Assembly: GCA_963743305.1 (NCBI GenBank)
Contig: CAVUPH010000012.1
Span: 76,748-140,747, forward strand
Direction of reading: 5' to 3'
DNA length: 64,000 bases
Origin: an uncultured delta proteobacterium
GTDB taxonomy: Bacteria > Desulfobacterota > RBG-13-43-22
In this document: piece after piece, positions 58,923 to 64,000 of the stretch
How the letters are laid out: each line of letters starts with the position of its first letter
Position numbering within the stretch: the stretch's first letter is position 1
Made by a program: the position numbers and the translations under genes
The notes under the pieces: generated by a model
The model's input: the letters and a program-made list of their open reading frames with translations, nothing else
What the model was told of the DNA's origin: nothing
Databases searched by the model: none

Positions 58923-59894
58923 CTAGGTCTTACATTGATTGAGGTACCGATCCACGATCATCTCGGAAATCGAGTAAGGATCGGTTTTCTTGTGTACCAG
59001 GCCTTCCAGATACTGTTCCCACTGGCCGGTCTTTTCCAAATAGTCCATAATCGTCCGGATCACGTCCTGCTTAATTAGATCCAATAGTTCCATTCGGGCC
59101 CGATCCATCTCGAATTGCGTCAGGATGGCCGGATCCTTTTTAAAGAGAAAGTCGCGGTGCGCCTCGATCCCGGCCATCAATTCCGCCACCCCCTCATTTC
59201 TCACAGCCTCGGTCTTAAATATCGTCGGGGTCCAGCCGCCTTTCGCCTGCCGGTCCTTGTCCATCTCGATCATCATCATCAATTCCTGACGGGTCTTATC
59301 GGCTCCTTCGCGATCGGCCTTGTTGATGACAAATACATCACCGGCTTCCAGGATACCGGCCTTGATGGCCTGAATATCGTCGCCCATGCCGGGGATCAGG
59401 ACGATCAGGGTGGTGTGGGCGGCCCGGACGATCTCCACTTCATCTTGCCCTACGCCTACCGTTTCCACCAGGACATAATCCTTGCCCATGGCATCCAGGA
59501 CCGCTATGGCCCCGCGGGTAGACGGAGTCAGCCCCCCGAAGTGCCCGCGGGTGGCCAGGCTGCGGATGAAGACCCCCTCGTCGGTGCTGTGGCGCTGCAT
59601 ACGGATCCGGTCCCCCAGGATGGCCCCGCCGCTGAAGGGACTAGTGGGATCCACCGCCAGCACCCCCACGGTTTTCCCCCGGCTCCGCAAATGCTGGATC
59701 ATCCGGTCCACCAGGGTACTCTTGCCCACCCCCGGGGAACCGGTGATGCCGATGACATAGGCTTTTCCGGTATGAGGATAGAGTTCCTTCAGCATTTCCC
59801 GGGCCTGGGGCATGTGGTCATCGATATCGCGAATCAGCCGGGCGACGGTGCGCATGTCACCGGCCAGGATTTTTTCGGCCCATTCACTGCTCAT
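58923..59894 (-). CDS. meaB: MeaB/ArgK mutase chaperone GTPase
   Basis: [39 protein letters not shown]. Confidence 0.95.
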   Translation of the reverse strand: MSSEWAEKILAGDMRTVARLIRDIDDHMPQAREMLKELYPHTGKAYVIGITGSPGVGKSTLVDRMIQHLRSRGKTVGVLAVDPTSPFSGGAILGDRIRMQRHSTDEGVFIRSLATRGHFGGLTPSTRGAIAVLDAMGKDYVLVETVGVGQDEVEIVRAAHTTLIVLIPGMGDDIQAIKAGILEAGDVFVINKADREGADKTRQELMMMIEMDKDRQAKGGWTPTIFKTEAVRNEGVAELMAGIEAHRDFLFKKDPAILTQFEMDRARMELLDLIKQDVIRTIMDYLEKTGQWEQYLEGLVHKKTDPYSISEMIVDRYLNQCKT

Positions 59895-60295
59895 CGGGGT
59901 TTGACGTGGGCGCGGACCCAGTCCACGATGTGATCCAGGGTCTCGCCGGGAATAAAAATTTCCCGATAGCCAATGGCCTTCAGCTTCGGAACATCCTCTT
60001 CGGGGAAGATGCCGCCGCCGATCAGGGCGATATCCTCGGCCCCCTTTTCCTTGAGCAGTTCGGCGACCCGTTCAAAGAGGTAGAGGTGCGCTCCGGCCAG
60101 ACTGGACAGGCCGATCAGATCCACATCCTCCTGGATGGCCGCCAGCACGATCTCCTCAGGGGTCTGGTGCAATCCGGTGTAGACCACCTCGAACCCGGCA
60201 TCCCGGAAAGTACGGGCGATGATCCGGGACCCGCGGTCATGTCCGTCCAACCCCGGTTTCCCGACTAAGACACGCAATTTTCTCTCCCCTGCCAT
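59891..60295 (-). CDS. B12-binding small subunit of an acyl-CoA mutase (IcmB-like)
   Basis: [23 protein letters not shown]. Confidence 0.92.
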   Translation of the reverse strand: MAGERKLRVLVGKPGLDGHDRGSRIIARTFRDAGFEVVYTGLHQTPEEIVLAAIQEDVDLIGLSSLAGAHLYLFERVAELLKEKGAEDIALIGGGIFPEEDVPKLKAIGYREIFIPGETLDHIVDWVRAHVKPR

Positions 60296-60348
60296 ATATG
60301 ACCTCCCTAAAAAACTAACGGAAATATCTTTAGGCTGAATTCCGAGCG

Positions 60349-60475
60349 TTCCCTCCCCCTAGACGGGGGTTAGGGTGGGGGTGAAGCCGGCTAAATCAAT
60401 GGTTCGGGATTCACCCACCCCCCAACGTTCGGCTGAGCTCACGTCGAAGCCCCCCTCCCGTCTAGGGAGGGGGAG
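60349..60475. repeat. REP-like imperfect palindrome
   Basis: CCCTCCCCCTAGACGGG..GGGTGGGGGTGA / TCACCCACCCCC..CCCGTCTAGGGAGGGG. Confidence 0.6.
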
Positions 60476-60546
60476 GTGATATCCAGCCTATGTGAATTTG
60501 TTTCGTCCTCCGGGGCAGAATGTGCTTCGAACTTCGGATTTGCTTG

Positions 60547-62238
60547 TTAAAATATCCCCGGATCTCGATAAGTCCCGAACGCCTTCCGATAGACGTCGCA
60601 GCATTCCTGAAGGGTGGCCTGTTCCTTGACCGTCTCAATCAAGGTCTCCATGACATTGCGGTTGTTGACGCAGTCCTCCCCCAGTTTGTCCAGGCATTCC
60701 CGGACCCGGACGTTGTTTCGGTTGTTTTTGATCTCATTGGTCCGGGCGATCTGAGCCTCTTCCAGGGCCGGATCGATCCGCAGCACCTCCGGCTTCAGGA
60801 TATCCTGCGTCACGTATTGGTTGACCCCGACCATGATCTTTTCCTGTCGGTCCAATTGGCGTTGAAACTGGTAGGCCGACTCGGCGATCTCCATCTGCGG
60901 AAAGTGCCGATCCAGGGCCTCGACCATACCCCCCATCTCGTCAATCTTATGAATGTACTCCAGGGCCTTTTCTTCCATCTCGTTGGTCAGGGACTCGATG
61001 AAATAGGAGCCGGCCAGCGGGTCGATGGTATTGATCACGCCGGACTCCTCGGCGATGATCTGCTGGGTGCGCAGGGCGATGGTGGCCGCCTGTTCGGTAG
61101 GCAGAGCCAGCACCTCATCCAGGGAGTTGGTGTGCAGGGACTGGGTGCCGCCCAAGACAGCGGAGAGTCCTTCGATGGTGGTGCGAATCACGTTATTGTA
61201 GGGCTGCTGGGCGGTCAGAGAACAGCCCGCCGTCTGGGTGTGAAAGCGGAGCCACAGGGATCGCCAGTTCTGGGCCTTGAACCGTTCCTTCATGAAACGG
61301 GCCCACATTCGCCGGGCTGCTCGAAATTTGGCGATCTCTTCAAAAAAATCGATATGGGCGTCAAAGAAGAAAGACAGCCGGGGGGCGAAGTCATCCACCT
61401 TCAAGCCCCGCTTGATGGCATCTTCCACGTAGGCCAGCCCGTCGGCCAGGGTAAAGGCCAGTTCTTGAACCGCCGTGGCCCCTGCTTCCCGGATATGGTA
61501 GCCGCTGATGCTGATGGTGTTCCAGCGGGGAACTTCTTTGGTCCCGAACTCCACCGTATCCGTCACCAGCCGCAGGGAAGGACGGATAGGACACATGAAA
61601 GTCTTCTGGGCCGCGAATTCCTTAAGCATGTCATTCTGGATGGTTCCACCGATCTTGGTCCGGGGGATCCCCCGGTTTTCGGCCATGGCGATATACATGG
61701 CCCAGACGATCGAGGCCGGGGGATTGATCGTCATGGAGGTGGTGATGCGGTCGATGGGCAGTCCGTCAAACAGGATTTCCATGTCTTTCAGGGTGTCGAT
61801 GGCCACCCCGCATTTACCCATCTCGCCCCGGGCCTTGGGGGAATCGGTGTCGTAGCCCATCAGGGTGGGCATGTCAAAGGCCACGCTTAACCCGGTCTGC
61901 CCTTGTTCCACCAGGTAATGAAACCGCCGGTTGGTGTCTTCGGCCGAACCCAGTCCGGCAAACATGCGCATGGTCCAGAGCCGCCCCCGGTACATGGACA
62001 ACTGAACGCCCCGGGTATAGGGATAAAAGCAGGGATAGCCCAGGTCCTGCTCAAAATCCAGGTCCTGGATATCTTCCGGGGTGTAGATATTCTTGATTTC
62101 CAGGTCCGAGACGGTGGAAAACCGTTGTTTCCATTCCGGGTGCTTGGCCAGACGCTGGTCCAGCTCTTTTTGCCAGGCAACCTTCCCCTCTTCGGATTTT
62201 TGAATTTGATCGTCTTTAAACATCTTGGACATAACCAC
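60547..62238 (-). CDS. Acyl-CoA mutase large subunit, isobutyryl-CoA mutase-like (IcmA)
   Basis: YPYTRG, WTMRMFAG, QNDMLKEFAAQ, ISGYHIREAG, HTQTAG, GGTQSLHTN. Confidence 0.85.
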   Translation of the reverse strand: MVMSKMFKDDQIQKSEEGKVAWQKELDQRLAKHPEWKQRFSTVSDLEIKNIYTPEDIQDLDFEQDLGYPCFYPYTRGVQLSMYRGRLWTMRMFAGLGSAEDTNRRFHYLVEQGQTGLSVAFDMPTLMGYDTDSPKARGEMGKCGVAIDTLKDMEILFDGLPIDRITTSMTINPPASIVWAMYIAMAENRGIPRTKIGGTIQNDMLKEFAAQKTFMCPIRPSLRLVTDTVEFGTKEVPRWNTISISGYHIREAGATAVQELAFTLADGLAYVEDAIKRGLKVDDFAPRLSFFFDAHIDFFEEIAKFRAARRMWARFMKERFKAQNWRSLWLRFHTQTAGCSLTAQQPYNNVIRTTIEGLSAVLGGTQSLHTNSLDEVLALPTEQAATIALRTQQIIAEESGVINTIDPLAGSYFIESLTNEMEEKALEYIHKIDEMGGMVEALDRHFPQMEIAESAYQFQRQLDRQEKIMVGVNQYVTQDILKPEVLRIDPALEEAQIARTNEIKNNRNNVRVRECLDKLGEDCVNNRNVMETLIETVKEQATLQECCDVYRKAFGTYRDPGIF

Positions 62239-62331
62239 CTCTTTTCTCTCCCACTCGATCCTGCCCCTGAATCAAAAAAGCTATTTTAGCACTAAATCGG
62301 AATCCCCTCAGTGTCAATCTTTTTCTCCGTT

Positions 62332-62499
62332 CAAATTTGATGGACTTGCAAAAAGTCCATCAACAGCCCGAGCGCGTTTAAGCGCCGGGCTGGGGTGAGG
62401 GTGGAACCATTTGAATTCACTTCAAATGGCGGGGGAGGGGAATCATCCCCCGCCGAGCAGAAAGTCGTTTTTGGACTTTTTGCGAGGTCATCAAATTTG
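62332..62499. repeat. MITE-like element with ~28-bp imperfect terminal inverted repeats
   Basis: CAAATTTGATGGACTTGCAAAAAGTCCA ... TGGACTTTTTGCGAGGTCATCAAATTTG. Confidence 0.7.
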
Positions 62500-62614
62500 G
62501 TTGTTCGCCCTTTCGGGTGGATGGCCAGAATATTTGACAGATTAACCTGAAATCAGGCCTCTGTGGCCGACGGCCAAACCAAATAGGCGAGGAATCCCAT
62601 CCAAAGGGGCGAAA
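62499..62614. repeat. Inverted, internally deleted copy of the palindromic element
   Basis: GTTCGCCCTTTCGGGTGGATGGCC; CAGATTAACCTGAAATCAGGCCTCTGTGGCC closely matches the reverse complement of copy B right arm. Confidence 0.72.
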
Positions 62615-62808
62615 GGTCAATGCAACTAATTTACCACGATTATTATTTTATTAGCAAGAATTTTAGGCTGTTCCCTATTTTCCGGGGTTCCTCGCAACGC
62701 CAAATGGTGATTGACTTTTTAGAGGAGTAGCCCATAATTAAGCCATCCTCTGGGACTCGGGTTCAAGTACCGGAACCCGTAATTCTTATATTGAAACGGA
62801 GGTTTTCG

Positions 62809-63750
62809 ATGACGGCTGCCTATGACCTGATTATTTTGGGGTCCGGCCCGGCGGGGCTGACCGCCGGGCTTTATGCCGGACGGGCCAGAGTGAAGACCCT
62901 CATCCTGGGGGAAACCCCCGGCGGCAATCCGGTGAATTATGAACATGTGGGTAATTACCCGGGGTTTCCCGAGGGGGTTTCCGGGGCCATGCTCATGATG
63001 AGCATGATCCGGCAAGTGGACATTCTTGGGGTGGAGCGGGATCTCAAGAACGCCCTTAGGGTCACCGGGGCGGGAGAGGGGTTCCGGGTCTCCACGGAAG
63101 ATCAGGAATACAGCGGCCGATCGCTGATTGTCGCTACCGGTTCCTCCCCCATCAGCATGGAGGTGCCCGGCGAGAAAGAATATCGGGGGAAGGGCATCTA
63201 TTATTGCGCCCACTGCGACGCCCCGGTCTTCCAAGCCATGAAAAAGGCCAAGGCCAGTGTGATCGGCGGCGGAAATTCGGCGCTCCATGCCGCCTTGTAC
63301 GTGTCCCGCTACGCCGAAGAGGTGACCGTTATTTACAAAGGAAGCAAGCTCCGGGCCGAACAATCCGTTCAGGAAGCGGCCGCGACCAATCCCAAGATCC
63401 GCATACTCTTGAACCGGGAAGTGCAAGGCGTTCAGGGCGAAAAGGAGCAGGTCCGTTCCCTGCAACTCAAGGACAAAGAAACGGGAGAACAGCAGGTCTT
63501 CGAAACGGATGGGATCTTTGTCGGCATCGGCATGAAACCCAACTCCGAATTATTTGACGGCCTGCTCGACCTCGATGAAGAGGGTTTCATCAAGGTCAAC
63601 CAGCGGCTGGAAACTTCAATCCCCGGAATTTTTGCCGCCGGAGACGTGATGGTCAAAACGTTGCGGCAAATTATCACCGCCGCCGGGGACGGGGCCACCG
63701 CCGCCGATTCCGCCATTAAATTTCTGGAAGGCGGAAGGCGGGTAAATTAG
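62809..63750 (+). CDS. trxB: Thioredoxin reductase-like flavoprotein
   Basis: GSGPAG, NYPGF, ATG, CAHCD, GGGNSA, FAAGD, QIITAAGDG. Confidence 0.82.
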   Translation: MTAAYDLIILGSGPAGLTAGLYAGRARVKTLILGETPGGNPVNYEHVGNYPGFPEGVSGAMLMMSMIRQVDILGVERDLKNALRVTGAGEGFRVSTEDQEYSGRSLIVATGSSPISMEVPGEKEYRGKGIYYCAHCDAPVFQAMKKAKASVIGGGNSALHAALYVSRYAEEVTVIYKGSKLRAEQSVQEAAATNPKIRILLNREVQGVQGEKEQVRSLQLKDKETGEQQVFETDGIFVGIGMKPNSELFDGLLDLDEEGFIKVNQRLETSIPGIFAAGDVMVKTLRQIITAAGDGATAADSAIKFLEGGRRVN

Positions 63751-63793
63751 ACCAGGAGCTATTAGATGTTTTAACGAAAGGAGAAACCGGACT

Positions 63794-63931
63794 ATGAAGA
63801 ACAAGCTATTTTTGCTGGGAGCGCTGATTTTTATCTTCACCTTTCTATCTCTCCCCCTGGCCGGAACAACCCTGGGAACTGCCCAAGCCCAGGTCCAGGT
63901 TGACATGCCAATTTCAATGCACTATCTCTAA
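63794..63931 (+). CDS. Short signal-peptide ORF, possibly truncated
   Basis: GGAG RBS; MKNKLFLLGALIFIFTFLSLPLAGTTLGTAQAQVQVD followed by an early stop. Confidence 0.35.
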   Translation: MKNKLFLLGALIFIFTFLSLPLAGTTLGTAQAQVQVDMPISMHYL

Positions 63932-64000
63932 TATTGCCTCGGTGGAAGTCGATAGAACTGATATTCCAGTTGAAAATCGCATTTACGTTTCATGCGCAAA

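Noticed and set aside
60520-61890. Long antisense ORFs (also 50913-52091, 44822-45808, 36144-37070, 47381-48289)
   Set aside because: Shadow frames of well-supported genes in GC-rich DNA.

Overview
64-kb window of an anaerobic bacterium; gene content and intergenic repeats suggest Desulfobacterota/deltaproteobacteria (inference). Contents: (i) a glutarate/acyl-CoA catabolic block (orphan CoA-transferase alpha, thiolase, two acyl-CoA dehydrogenases including non-decarboxylating glutaryl-CoA dehydrogenase, GcdA); (ii) a secreted-protein island with two papain-family proteases that each carry a fused chagasin (I42) inhibitor-like domain, with two sigma28-like promoters; (iii) lipid/CoA genes, then an MSMEG_0568-type radical SAM fused to a GNAT domain downstream of a NitT/TauT ABC transporter; (iv) a mosaic of intact and truncated toxin-antitoxin modules; (v) a degenerate AOR gene upstream of a multiheme cytochrome c / cytochrome b / HdrD-like module; (vi) a FadR-MmsA-GlcD/GlcF-like-Liv transporter cluster; (vii) a corrinoid methyltransferase operon whose ATP-dependent activator (RACE) has a whole GltD/NfnB-like flavo-Fe-S module inserted inside its ASKHA domain, which is the top novelty candidate; (viii) isobutyryl-CoA-mutase-like genes with MeaB and an atypical TrxB. 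Non-coding highlights are a ~310-bp palindromic element family with compensatory stem changes and a ~110-nt candidate sRNA. Several genes carry single-base indels that look like assembly errors. No rRNA, tRNA, CRISPR array or transposase was recognised. All calls come from motif reading; no database searches were run.
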